Below are positions 1 to 13,100 of a stretch of 64,000 nucleotides of DNA, one piece after another. The DNA lies in the NCBI GenBank assembly GCA_964035545.1, contig OZ037767.1:12571801-12635800 (forward strand), written 5' to 3'. The position numbers and the translations under genes were made by a program. Source of the DNA: Bugula neritina. Lineage: Eukaryota; Animalia; Bryozoa. Position 1 is the first letter of the stretch, and each line of letters begins with the position of its first letter. Under the pieces are notes generated by a model. It had not been told where the DNA came from and searched no databases. It saw only the letters and a program-made list of their open reading frames with translations.

Positions 1-751
1 TAGGAGTTGTCACCTTCATAAAATTATTATTGTTTCCTATGAGCACATTGCTGTGTTCCTATCATACACGTCCTCCAACAATACTTTACCTTTGAATTCT
101 CTAAACATGGTTACTTGAAACACAGAAGCTGAACTTTGGTTGCTCTCACGTATTAATAGTCTTTGATAGCCAAAAGCCACTTTGTCTGTCACGTGGTCTT
201 ATTGACACAGTCAGATGTGTTTGTTACCAATCAACAATGCAATCCCTGGGACAGAATTTCTGATAAGGGTATTTCCCCCCAACTTAGGAGTTTTTATAAT
301 GAGGTGCTGTTGCCAATGAAAACCACTCTTACAGTTGTTGGAATAGACATAGTGTGGTATATGTAAATATTGTTTCTATAGACTTTTTGCTATGAGCAGT
401 TTAGTGAGAGGTGCAGAAAAATAAAAAGAGTTGATTGAGTAGAAAGAGTGAAATAGAAATTGATTTAATATGCCTTTAATTCAGGCAACTATGCGAGATG
501 CTCCTGTGTCAATTGATTTGAGAAAAATATCATAATTATATTTTATTTACATGATTAAAGTACAACATATTCCATATGTGCTACTTCTTCTATCTCCTTA
601 CACTTCTCTCCCTTTTCACGTCAGCAGCAAAGTTCTGTTACCTTTGGCAGTCTCACCAAAATAATATTATAGCTACAGACAAAAACATTGCAGCCTTTCA
701 GACTAAGTTAATGATCATTTGATAAGATAAACTCTGAGCATATCCTTCAAC

Positions 752-3499
752 ATGGTAAGTACTGATCTTATGTTCTGTATTCTTTAAAATAACTTTAGGA
801 AGACATTTTTGGAAAAAAATACTTTCAAATGTTTATGTTTTGCATTTTATAGTCTGAAATGTTTATGCATTAAATAATAAAAGACCATATTGCAATTCTG
901 TAAGGTAATAATATTATATACAAAAACTCACAAGATGCCGTATTTTTCATACAAAATGGTGATTCTGATATATTTATTAGGAAGAGAAGCAGATAAAGAA
1001 AGAGCCAACAACTCCAACATGGAAGGAAGTATTGAGAGGAAGTACTCACTGGATTGTTGTGGTACTCTGTATAATTAATCTCATCCTTTGGTTTGCATTG
1101 CTGACGTACACAGTGACTCAGTTCTCCTCTTTGGACAGAGAGATTGAAAGCATCTCAGTTGCTACTGAAAAGAAACCGTCTGCTGCGAAATTGACACAAA
1201 CTAAACAGGAAGTAGAAGAAAAACTCATAGTGAGGCTCACAGATGAGATAAGAAACATACGGACAGAAAGCGAAAGAGAAAGAAAGAGTATAGAAAGAGA
1301 AACCAAAGAGTTGAAGGAAACGTTGCTTTCACTTGAAACACAATATGATAACTTCAAAAGATTCTGGAAGAAGATGGTAGAGAAAGTAGGTAGTCATTAG
1401 TTCTGTAATTCACATGAAACAAACATAGCCAGCCATTTCTTGATGGTTGCTAGAATAATATTGTACTGTAGGTTCTCTTCCATGAAAATAATAGAAGTGA
1501 AGTGAGAGCAGAGAGACCAGAAGTATCTGCAAGCTTTGTGTTTATTATGACAAACACAACAACTGAGAGTGAAAGTGCTGACTCAGGTAGTGGCGAATCT
1601 CCAATTCTGATTGGTGGAGAGGTGCTAAAAGATACCAATACCGGTGTGTTTAACTACTCACCTTTGCAATCGACAAATGAAAGTGTTGTTTACAACACTG
1701 AGGCAGTGACCAACATCACTCAGGGAAACCAATATAGCTATGAACCTAGGATAAAGAAGACAAGTCTCAGGGACTTTCATCAGACCTCTTTACCAAATGA
1801 AGAAAGTGACTCCAGCTATGATGACACCAACCTACCTCTACCTGAAGAAATTATTGGACTTCTTGGTGAGTATTTTTTAGTCTCAAGTCGGATCCGGTAT
1901 TAAAGTTGGGTCACTCGCGTGATGATAATCACACTACGTGATTCTATATATAGCTTGTAGACATGGACCAAAGGGGGACAGAGGAGATGGTGGAACACAC
2001 GGGCTTCCAGGTAAAAATGGTGCACCAGGCTTAAAAGGAGAGCCTGGTGTTTCCGGATCGGTCGGAGCTCAGGGTGCAAAAGGTGATAAAGGAATGAGGG
2101 GAGATAATGGTGAAGTCGGAAAACCCGGCAATCCTGGAAGGGCAGGAACTTCTGGAGAGAAAGGAGACAGAGGGATACCTGGAGAAAAGGGATCCATCGG
2201 AGTCAAAGGAGAACCCGGTGTGAGAGGAGTTCGTGGGTTAAAGGGATATCCTGGTAAACTGGGATTGCAAGGAGGTCGAGGTGTGAAAGGTTACTGCTAT
2301 ATGACTATCAGTTTATATTTTAATTTGAAGTATGACATCATCAAATTATGCAACTATTTGCTATCATTATATTTATGCCTTGCCAAGTTTTTTATATTTA
2401 AATCTGATTATTTGTTTTTTGACTGGTTTTTGTTCATTTTAGGTAATCAAGGACTCACTGGGGACAAGGGAGATTCTGGCTCACCTGGATCACCTGGAAT
2501 ACCTGGATTAGGTGAGATCTCAATAGCTTTGTTACATACAGCATTGTATCTACCTGTATGATTTGTATCTACCTATATGTTTCTTGGTAGATGGTAGAAA
2601 GGGGGATAAAGGAGCGAATGGAATTCCTGGACTTCCAGGAAAAGATGGTAGAGAAGTTGTGATACCTGATTTGTTTCCTACAGACGTTATATCTACTATA
2701 ATGAATACAACTCTAGAGCTCATGGAGATAGGTAAATATCTACTAATATAATGAATATACAATTCTAGGGCTCATAGAGATAGGTGAATATATAATATAA
2801 TATAATGAATACAACTCTAGAGCTCATGCGGTAGGTAATATATATATTATAATAAATACAACTGTAGCATTATGTAATTTACATGTACACTACAAAAACT
2901 GGCTGAAAGCCAACACTCAAGTTATCCATTCTATGGGTAAAAATATGTACCAACATTATTATAAATACAGCCTCAATTCAATATTAATCAGTTTTCTTTT
3001 CTGTGTAGAAGTGAAACAACTTGTCGGCAGATTTTGATAGTATGTCTGCTTAACATTCAGGTGGGTTACGAGGACCTCCTGGATTAGATGGAACACCAGG
3101 CACTAATGGTATAGATGGAACACCAGGTGTAAATGGAATACCCGGTACAGATGGAACACCAGGTGTAGATGGAACACCAGGTACAAACAGCTCCTCAACT
3201 CTGTAAATTTTAAAACATGCAATAAGCAGAGAAATTAATCCTCATTAAATGTCAATTATTCTATTTAACTTTAATTGTGCATAACATGTACTTCAGTTAG
3301 TCTTATATTCTCAGTCATTAGACACTTTATAATGTGACTTATGATGAGTCTAACATGCTGTAGGAGAAGATGCATTGAGCAGTGAAGTTGTTGATATTTT
3401 ACTTCAGGCCTTGACTAGTGGTAAGTGGTATACTGATGATACGTTATAACTCACACGCACACACAAACACACACACACAAACACACACACACGCACACA

Positions 3500-3590
<91 letters not shown>

Positions 3591-5873
3591 CATTTTGAAT
3601 AACTTGAACTGTAAACTTGACTTTATTGGCAATTGTACACAAAGTATAAAGTTATTGGATTTGTTTAATTTCACATCAATATTCACAAATTTTATACTGG
3701 TTTTAAGGGGAAGTCTTTCTGATTGGTACAACTTATTATAGTTACCATAACACTTCTATGAAAAATTGGCAAGATGCCAAAAACTTCTGCACGCAGAAAG
3801 CAAGTGGGAAACTCGCTCAGATACCAACTTCAAGTACAAAACGCCAAAGTTTGTTTAGCAAACTGGGAACTTTTAAAGGTTAGTGCAAATCACAGAATTA
3901 TATATTTTACTAATTTTAGCTCTCTGAATTTGGGTCTCACTACATTGATACATTGATTACCTAATAAACATTTCTATCACCTAGTATATTACTTTTCAGC
4001 ACAAAGTGAATAGTACTGTTGATGTAGCATTATTTCAGCAACATTCAGAGTTTTGCACTTGGTGAAATAAAATATTACTTATGTTACGTATGCAACGGAT
4101 GCTGCTACAGCCCTGACTATGACAATAAATAACAGCCATATAGCCATGAAGCTTCTATTATAATTTTGTATTATGACCGGCTATCACTAAAAAGCTATGT
4201 AATATTTTGTATATAAACAGTGAATTTTCTCTGAGCTAATTGTATTTTTCTGGAATTCATGTATACGACATTGTATGATATCTACATAAATTATCCTTTC
4301 TACTCAAGAATACAACAACTTAAATATTTTATGATAGCAAAAGTGTAAAAGTAACATGCGTATATCAAAACACAAATGAAGCAGAATATGTTGAGAGTAT
4401 CAATTGAGTGTTAACAATAATGGATATAGTCGACTTATAGATAGCCCATTTAAAAACATGAAACATTTTTGGCTTTGTTTTATATGTCAGAAATTGCTTC
4501 AATTGAGTACATTTCATAATTCTACAACATTGCGTTACGATACTGAAAGTTCATTGTTAATTGCAGGCCTGTATAATGTTGTTTGGGTTGGAGCAAGTAA
4601 AGTTTCTGGCACTTTTAGTTGGGATGATGGCAGTTCTATTCCAGACTCCCTCTGGCATTCTGGACAACCAGATAATTATGGTAATGTTTGCTCTGTAAAT
4701 TCCTGTATAAATAACAGCAAACATAGATTAGACAGTCTGAGAGTGAATGAAGTTATCTTCTCATGTTACTGTATCAGATTAACTGGTCATATTTATATAT
4801 CAGACACCATTATAATAACATACAGCATAGTTTGCTTTTGGTCTGCAACAAAAATCAATCAACTTGTTGTGACGGAATGCTCTATATGATAATAGTGAAG
4901 GTGCCAACATATAAATATGAGCAGGTGGAGCTCATCAACACTAACCTTTGTTGCTATATATCACTGTGAAGCCAACACTCCACTGATTTCAAATCTGCAA
5001 GTATTGTTTTGTATCTAGAAGGGTTCTTGCCTGAAAGATGTGGATATACAGAGGTTAGCCAAAGTTCAAAGGGGGCATCATGAAATCTTAAATATACAAT
5101 TATTTGAGTAGTCTAAGTTTAATATTCAAAATACTTTATTGACATATTTTAAACCTATTTTAAACTTGTGAAACTAAATCTTAAAAACTTGTGACTAAAA
5201 ATTGATGATGTATTGCTTGTTCAGATGTATCTGATATTTTCTAAACTGCCAATTTTTGCAGTATTATCTAGAAAAAGATTTTTTGCATGTAGACACTCTA
5301 TGGTGTCCTTATAAGTCATTCCATTTTCTAGTCTATTCTGACCAACAGAACTTTTTTCACAGCCCTAAAAATCAAGAAAGTTAAAATCGGAGTTATCTCC
5401 TGCATTTTAAAATTTCTTTTTCGGTTTTTAGTCACAATTTTCCTGGAAAATAGTTTCATAGGTTTAAAACATTTTCAGAAATTATTTTAAATATTAAACT
5501 CAAATTACTTAAATAATTGCATATAATTTAAGATTTTATGATGCCCTCTTTGAAAATTGGCCAACCCCTGTATACCCACCCCTTTCAATACAAAAAAAAA
5601 TTGAAATCAGTAGAATGTTGGCTTCGCAGTGATATATAGCAACAAAGATTAGTGTTGATGTGCTCCACCCGCCTATTTTTGCGTAATGGCACCTCCCTCC
5701 CTATAATTCATTATGGCTGATGCTCTTAGTAAAGTATTGACTAATAATAACTGATGTTCTTTGTTATTGCAGGGGGCCAAGAAGACTGTGTTGAGTTAAG
5801 GTTAAACTCTGGAACGCTGAATGATCTTTCTTGTAGCCGAGAGCGACCTTTTCTCTGTCAGATTTCTATTTAG
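752..5873 (+). CDS. Type II membrane collagenous C-type lectin (collectin-12/scavenger receptor with C-type lectin-like), ~636 aa, 11 coding exons
   Basis: Exons 752-754, 981-1385, 1472-1865, 1954-2289, 2443-2511, 2591-2731, 3061-3180, 3364-3420, 3708-3878, 4567-4680, 5773-5873 all have GT-AG boundaries and join in frame (1911 nt). Domain order: short N-tail, TM helix (WIVVVLCIINLILWFALLTY), E/K/L coiled coil, acidic S/T spacer, Gly-X-Y collagen blocks, then CTLD (NWQDAKNFC...WVG..FSWDDGS..W..GQPDN..EDCV..LND.SC..PFLCQ). AATAAA near 6148. Confidence 0.88.
3452..3588. repeat. (CA)n microsatellite
   Basis: Direct CA run in the intron after exon 3364-3420. Confidence 0.98.
4892..5705. mobile_element. 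Foldback/MITE-like element with long diverged inverted arms (~300 bp each)
   Basis: Left GGTGGAGCTCATCAACACTAACCTTTGTTGCTATATATCACTGTGAAGCCAACA matches the reverse complement of TGTTGGCTTCGCAGTGATATATAGCAACAAAGATTAGTGTTGATGTGCTCCACC; similarity continues between ~5030-5200 and ~5425-5590. Confidence 0.8.
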
Positions 5874-8800
5874 GAACTGAGTCTACACATTAAACAATCA
5901 GAGTTTAGCTATAATATGATATTGTTATACCATATCATACTGTGATATGATATTACTATAATATATCATATTGAAATATAATATTAATATGATATTATAC
6001 TATGTTATACTGTAATATACTATGACACTATATCATACTATAAGATGATAATATTATACGATATCATATTATATATTACACTGTACTAAATAATTATACT
6101 ATACTATACTGTAATATATAGTATTAGGCTACTATATCATACTGAACCAATAAATAAAACTTCACTAATTATTAAAAGAAAAATTACAATGTTTTATTTC
6201 GTCAACTGTAAATCACTTTAAAGCAATTGTTAGAAATATAAAAAGTGGAAAAAAGTTTTATCAGCATATAAATTGTATTATTATCATGATTAATTGGTTA
6301 TAATTATTGAAATCAATCAAATTTTTAGTGAATACAATTTAACAAATAAATAAATGATGTAGTTGCAAAATCGTTTAAAAATATATATTTAGTTCACTTA
6401 AAAGTTGAAGTGGTATAATATTGTAAATTATAATGAGAAAACTTGAAAATTGTTCAATATTGTATTACCATTATTAATGATAAAGTGATGCTATAAGTTT
6501 TTTATCAAATATTATTATGCTTGCTTTTTGGCTTACTGTTATATAATCACATCTCGGCTTATCTGACAGGTGCATTTGGTGGGAATAAGAAAGAAAGCAC
6601 CTGCACTTTCCTTGTCATGCTGATATACTCACATTTACTACAATGATTCATTATCATATAAGCCAGTCATATAAGTTTGTCATAGATTGTTATGAAATTC
6701 CCAAAGTATTTGTATCAGTTTGAAATTTCCAAATATATAATATAGTGTAATTAATAGCTTATAACATCGAAATGTATGGGTTGTAATAACCTAATTGAAT
6801 ATTTTTTTATCTGCCTTTGCATTATTAAAACTCTATCATAAACTATAAATTATGTTTTTACATAATATATTGTCGAAGTCTAAATTAGAACACTTTTTCA
6901 AACTTTAAATGACCAAAATAAAAAACTTTGTATGCAAATGATAATCAGAGATGCAGAATAAGGACTGATTTACTGGTCAATTCAGTTGCTTGTGCAGAAA
7001 TGTAAAAGTTATTTTGCACAAAAAGCTGAAAAAAATATTAAAATGAAGCAGTTAATGCTTTCTTTTCTTTGTATAAATGTTTTGTTTCCTCACCAATACT
7101 GTTTTATGATGCAACTTTCGGCTATATTTATATGAATTATAAAATTAGGGGTTAGCAGGGAAAGTAGCGGGGCGTGGAAGGGGGTAGTAAAAGGGTGATA
7201 GAGAGTGATAGGGGTAGCAAGGTGTAGTAGAGGTAGGTTATAACTGGTGATGAGTTAAAACAATTATAGTGGTGGGGTGTAGTAGAAAGGAGTGGTGGGA
7301 AGGGAAGTAAAGGGCTACTAATAGCTAGAAATATGCAAAAATTTAAAAAATATTTACAAAAACTAAATTTTATCCATGATCCTTATCCATGATCTAAATA
7401 AATAGAGTATTAACTTGTTTTTACATTGCTGCAGGTTATGAAGTTAGTAGATCAGAATGTAACGGCCAGCATGGCTTTTTTGTAACTCATCCTGTTGGTA
7501 AAAATAGCTAGAAACCAAAGTATTGAGAATGCACTCACAAATTAGTTATACTTTATTTTTCAAACCTATTGTCATTAAACTTAAGCTATAAACTTGTTTT
7601 CCATAGAATTAGCAGCTGTTTTGAGCTGTTATGTTAGCCAACACATCTTGTAAACTAGCTAGCTATATAAGGCTTTGTAGGCTGCACACGTGTTTGTTTT
7701 AGACTTGGCCTAGTCATGGTAGGCCAAGTGCTAGGGCCATGACCAGTGCAGCAGTTTTATAGAACTAGTAGAACCAATCAATTTTCAAATTGCCTCATGG
7801 CATCAGTCAAGACTTACGGCTCCAATAAAGTACCAATAACACCATGATATACAAACGGCGCTACATAGAGCATGCAATTTTTTATATTATTATGTAAATT
7901 AGTAGATAATTACTAAAAAAACATTAATTACAATCCAAGTAGTATATACGATCAAAATAATGCTCAACTACAAATGATTATAGTATTGTTGTAGTATAAA
8001 TGTCTATATAGCCACATATGCAACTGCACGTTCAAAATAATTATAATAGTGCTATGTAGCCTGTTTGTTCAATATATGAATTTTTATTTAATTTATCTAG
8101 TTAAATTTTGGTGGTTTAAAAGAGAAGCTTATAGCTCTTTGTTTCAAAGAATCCTTCTCACCATTTATTATTATACCTATATTTAGTTCATTTAGTTTAA
8201 ACAGTAAACTCATATTTAATTTATTATATTTTATTTACTTTGAATTAAAATTAAACTATTCATTTAGTTTGTTATCACTGTTTTGTGTCAACAACAAACT
8301 GACTGTAAAGTTATTTAAAGAAGCAGCTTGTGATTAGGTGATGGCTGTACTAGAAATTCAGAGAATGTGTAACTCTATAAGGTCTAGAATGTGGGAAAAG
8401 AAGTAGCATAGCAACTCCCACTAGAGTTTATTCTGCCAACTCTTCATTGTATGATGGTTGTATTGATGAAACTGATAGCTTTGGTATATATTATATAGTC
8501 ATTAGTGCATATAAATAAGGCAGGTGGCTGCTAAAAGTAGTTATAATACCAATTACTATTTACTAATACTATATACTCTAATGTTAAACACTTGTGTTCT
8601 AAAACTTTTATAGCTGCAGACATCTATTGTAGCAGTGGGCTGCAAGTATAATTATTGTCAATTTTCATGCCATGATGCTGGTATAGTGCCTACTTTCTAA
8701 TATTTCATATTAGACTTATAAATTGAGGGTATTTCAATTATGAATATTTCAAATTGTATAAACTTTTACACCAATTAAAATACTTCTTTTAAAATAAAAT

Positions 8801-9380
8801 CTGTTTGCTTTATAAGATCTAGTTTCTGAAATAATACTCTATCATACTACTTAACAGTGTTCAAAAACAAGCTTACATTTGTTAATAGTATTAGTAAGTA
8901 TGGTACACAAACCCTTGGCTTGAACACAGGTAGTTGTAAACACAACAGACCACTGACCAAAAATTGACTATGTAGGGAATGTACTCTACTACTGTTTATT
9001 TAATTTATCTTTAAAAAAATTAATGGGAAAATTGTACACATTTTATTGTTTGATATATCATTAAATAATGTGTCTTGCTTTGTCTTTGTATTTATGTTGT
9101 GCATATTATATCAATAAAACACAGTGAACTTTATTTTGATTTAAAATGTGTCTCATCAAAATTTTTGTTATTGATTATCAAAATGATCAAACAAATATTC
9201 TAAGGAAAATACACCACTGATTGATTATAAAAAAGGGGATAATTGCCAGCTGAAAATGTCAATTAAAATAGAAATGAACCAATGAATCATAACTTCAGTT
9301 TGAAAATGGAGCGAAAACTACTGAACCAAACATAACAGTTCTTGTTTTCTACAAATAATAATTGTGAGAAATCTAACATT

Positions 9381-9510
9381 CACTGCACTTCTAAGTTTTG
9401 CATTATGCAATTGAGTTTTTACTCAATGCTTGAAACTAAATGAAAGCGCAACCACAAGTTTATCTGTAGGAACATCCATTCGCATAATGCAAAGCCAAGG
9501 AAACGTAGTG
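9381..9510. mobile_element. Small MITE-like inverted repeat (CAC...GTG ends)
   Basis: CACTGCACTTCTAAGTTTTGCATTATGC versus the reverse complement of GCATAATGCAAAGCCAAGGAAACGTAGTG. Confidence 0.5.
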
Positions 9511-9795
9511 CGTAGATATATTTCATGTGAGTGTCATCTTAATTAAAAGGATAAGAATTAACATTTCAAAAAATAAAGTCAAAAGGTAAAAACTATAAAA
9601 AGATGCAGTCATTGATTTAATTATCTTTGTATTACTAAATACTCTATCATAACTTTGTAAAGAATTTTAAATACTGATGACGAAGTATATAAAGCAGCCA
9701 AGTGAATTGTAGTAAGTGTTTGTAAAAAATAACGTGTTTCATACTTATACAAAATGATCAGTAAAATATCATAAATTGAACACTGACAAAACGCT

Positions 9796-9902
<107 letters not shown>

Positions 9903-10104
9903 TAGAAATAGCAGCTGCACTTTTGAAATTTTGTGGAGTCTGCATATTTAAAACCAGGGCTTTTTAGCGCAATAGCAACCAATATACATGCAGATTCTAG
10001 CAGTATTTTTAAACAAATTATCAAGTTATTCCATAAATATTTCCTAAAAATACTTCAAATACTTTTGAAGAATTTGTTTACATGAAATAAAATGCATTTT
10101 GAGT

Positions 10105-13100
10105 TCATTTATTAGCTGTAGACCTGTTTCTCAGAACGCAAAATAAAGTCCTTTTTAATGGATAAAGAATTCTGTTGTAGCCTTGAAATATATGTTGCCT
10201 CCGCCAGCTCTACAATCACAAAGTTTGCATGTATTTATAAATTATGTATTGAACTTTGAAAGAATGTCTAAGATCAATTTAGTAAAATTTATTCTCTAAA
10301 AAACTTAATAGATAGAAAAATAATTGCAGTATAAGAAAAATTATTTTATCTGGTTAACAGCTGAAGAGAGAGTATTTGGAAGCAGATGCGTATACAAGAT
10401 CAACAGCTTTTCTATACAGCTATATATAGTAACTGTAAAATAATTTTTCCGTTAGGGTTTGAACCACATGTAGCATTTTGGCTTGCAATCTGGCGTACTA
10501 ACTGTTACAGTACAGGGGCTACTAGATTATCTCAACTCTACCTCTCACCCAGTCCCCTAGAGCTCTTTTACACCCTCTCCCGGCCCCCTTATTTATACTG
10601 CTTTCTGTAAGGAAGGGGTGTACAGGCCCCTATAAACTCTCTTGAGAACCTCTACTACAAAAAGAGGCCGCTGGGTTATATTAAGGCCACAGTAACCACT
10701 AAATAAAATGTATACAAGTAAAAACAAATTTAGCAGAGATAGTAATTAATTCAGAAGGTAAAGCTAACACGTACCTGAGCAATGTGTGCTGTCGTACAGG
10801 TAAGGTGGCAAGGGGGATGACTCAACTGACATATAGCTTCAAGAATAGATACAAGGAGCTTCTCCTTTGTGCTGCTGATAACCTCCGAATATATCCGTGA
10901 TGAGACAGACATATGATGACTCATGTTTATGTTGCAATAGTAAGATGCTAATTGATCTCTTAATAGCGTCTCATTGTACTACAAGTATTCATTAAACTAG
11001 AGGCTTTGCAGGTAGAATTTTTCCCAATGAGTTACACAAGTTTTTGATTCCAACAATTTTATTTAATAATTTAAATTATAAAATCTATTACAAAATTATT
11101 TTTATGAAATAATAGAATTTAGTTTATATAGTTCAAAGATATGCTTTTACTTTTGTGATTTATATATATTATGTCATGTCTGCTAACGTATATTAAACGT
11201 TTTATAGGAGTTGCACACTTTCTGAATTACTTTAATCTAGGTTTGTACGTGAACAATTGATTAATAATAGGTCAACTGTCACTAAAACCTGTTAATACTA
11301 TAATATGAATTGAAAGGTGTCGAATATAGTGAGTCTACCAATTTTATAAAAACTAAATTCTATGATATAGTGAAGAATAAATTATAAAATTGCAGTTTTT
11401 GAGATAAATAATTACCATCTTTTCCTGGTTTTAAAACAACGGAAAAATATTTAAAAAAAACACTATGCAGGTGAAAATCAGTCATTCTCAATTTCCTTAA
11501 AAATGCGAACACAGCTAATTATTACAAGAAGCCTGCACTGAAAGTTGAAGCTTATTAAGTGCAGATAACTCCAAGTTACCTAAAATATATGCCATCATGT
11601 GCTGGTGCAACTGCCATTTCATGTATCTATAGTGCAATATATAATTATTTTAATAATTAATTCAATTACAATCACACTTACATTTACAATTACAATTTCA
11701 TGTCTTAAATTATTAAAACATATTATAATACTAAATTTTCATAAGTTCAGCAATAAAACCCTCAAATAATTCTAAAAGCATACATGTATGCTGAGACAAT
11801 AGCAAATTTTGTAGTAAGCAATTCATTTAACAGTGCACTCCTTATTTATATATTCTTTCCATTTCATGCAAATACTTTTAAAATATTCAGTTCAAATAGA
11901 CTTTAAATAAGAATTTAAATGACTTACAGTAATTGCAACATAGTTGCTACATGGAACTACTGATTGAGACTCAACTTGTGTGTGAAGTCTATCCAGGTAG
12001 TACTTCTACAATTATATATGTTATATGTTATATGTTATATACATTATATTATGTATATAATTACACACACGTGATCATTGTGAGCTTTTACATGTTTATT
12101 AAATAATATCTAAACTAATTCAACTTTGAGAAAAGAAAAGATCTGTGTTACCAAGTACTAGTGGTTAGTAATAGTCATTAAATCAATGTTTCATTTATAA
12201 TTTATAATACTGTTTTGATCTTACTGAAGTATTAGGTTGAAGTGAATAGTAATATTTTTATATAATCTGATTATGATAAAAAATATGATTATACACAGAG
12301 GTCATGGATTACTGCAAGCAGCCTTTGTGTGCCAAAAGGGAAGAAATATTCAAAGGAAATATGTGATCCGTTGTAATTACAGTCATTGTTTCTAAAGAAT
12401 GTAGCATTCCACCCAAAAGTATAATTATACCCAAAAAAGTAGTGGGTGTGGCTTGTTTATCACAGCAAAACAATGCAGTCTGAGTTACAAATATTCAGCA
12501 GCCTTCTCAAGTTACAACTTCGGGCCCAGCATAGCATTTCAATAAAATCTTATTCCTAACAAACCAAGTAGTGGATATAACAGCAGGCAGAAGGTGGACT
12601 ACTTACATAAGCTTCAATACTGTCATCTATTCTACTGTTAATCTGTGCAAAGTGGCTAGCTAATTGTAGCCACTGTTCATAGCTAGAGTCTGAGGAGTGT
12701 CTTCTCACCCTCCCTAATATTGATGAGGACACACGGCTATATCTACAGGTAAAGTGTACAATTTTATATACAACATGGGTTAATGAGTGATTTGTTTAAT
12801 AGCATTATATTATGTTTAATATCTTAAATAATTATAGTGTTAAATTGTTGCAGTTCATTATTAAAGAAAGATGAAAATGAACTTTGAATAATAAATCCCT
12901 TGCCTATACACATAAGGTGATTGCAAATGTGCAGTTAAAATAAAATAGCTAGAAAAGAGCGTAATGGATCAGTTACATAATGAAGATTTTATACAAAGTT
13001 ATTACAGTGTTTGAAAAAACAAAAAATAATATAAAAGTGGTTACTATAGCACTATAGTGCTTTATTATATAGATATTATGTTATATAGCATTTATCAACT

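Noticed and set aside
3404-3741. ORFs with CVCV/HTHT runs
   Set aside because: Translations of the (CA)n microsatellite.
3742-3878. TAG acceptor at 3741 for the first CTLD exon
   Set aside because: Wrong phase; the AAG acceptor at 3707 keeps the frame.
8320-8490. Possible further exon of the cytokine-like gene
   Set aside because: All minus-strand frames hit stops quickly, and the gene already terminates at 10105.
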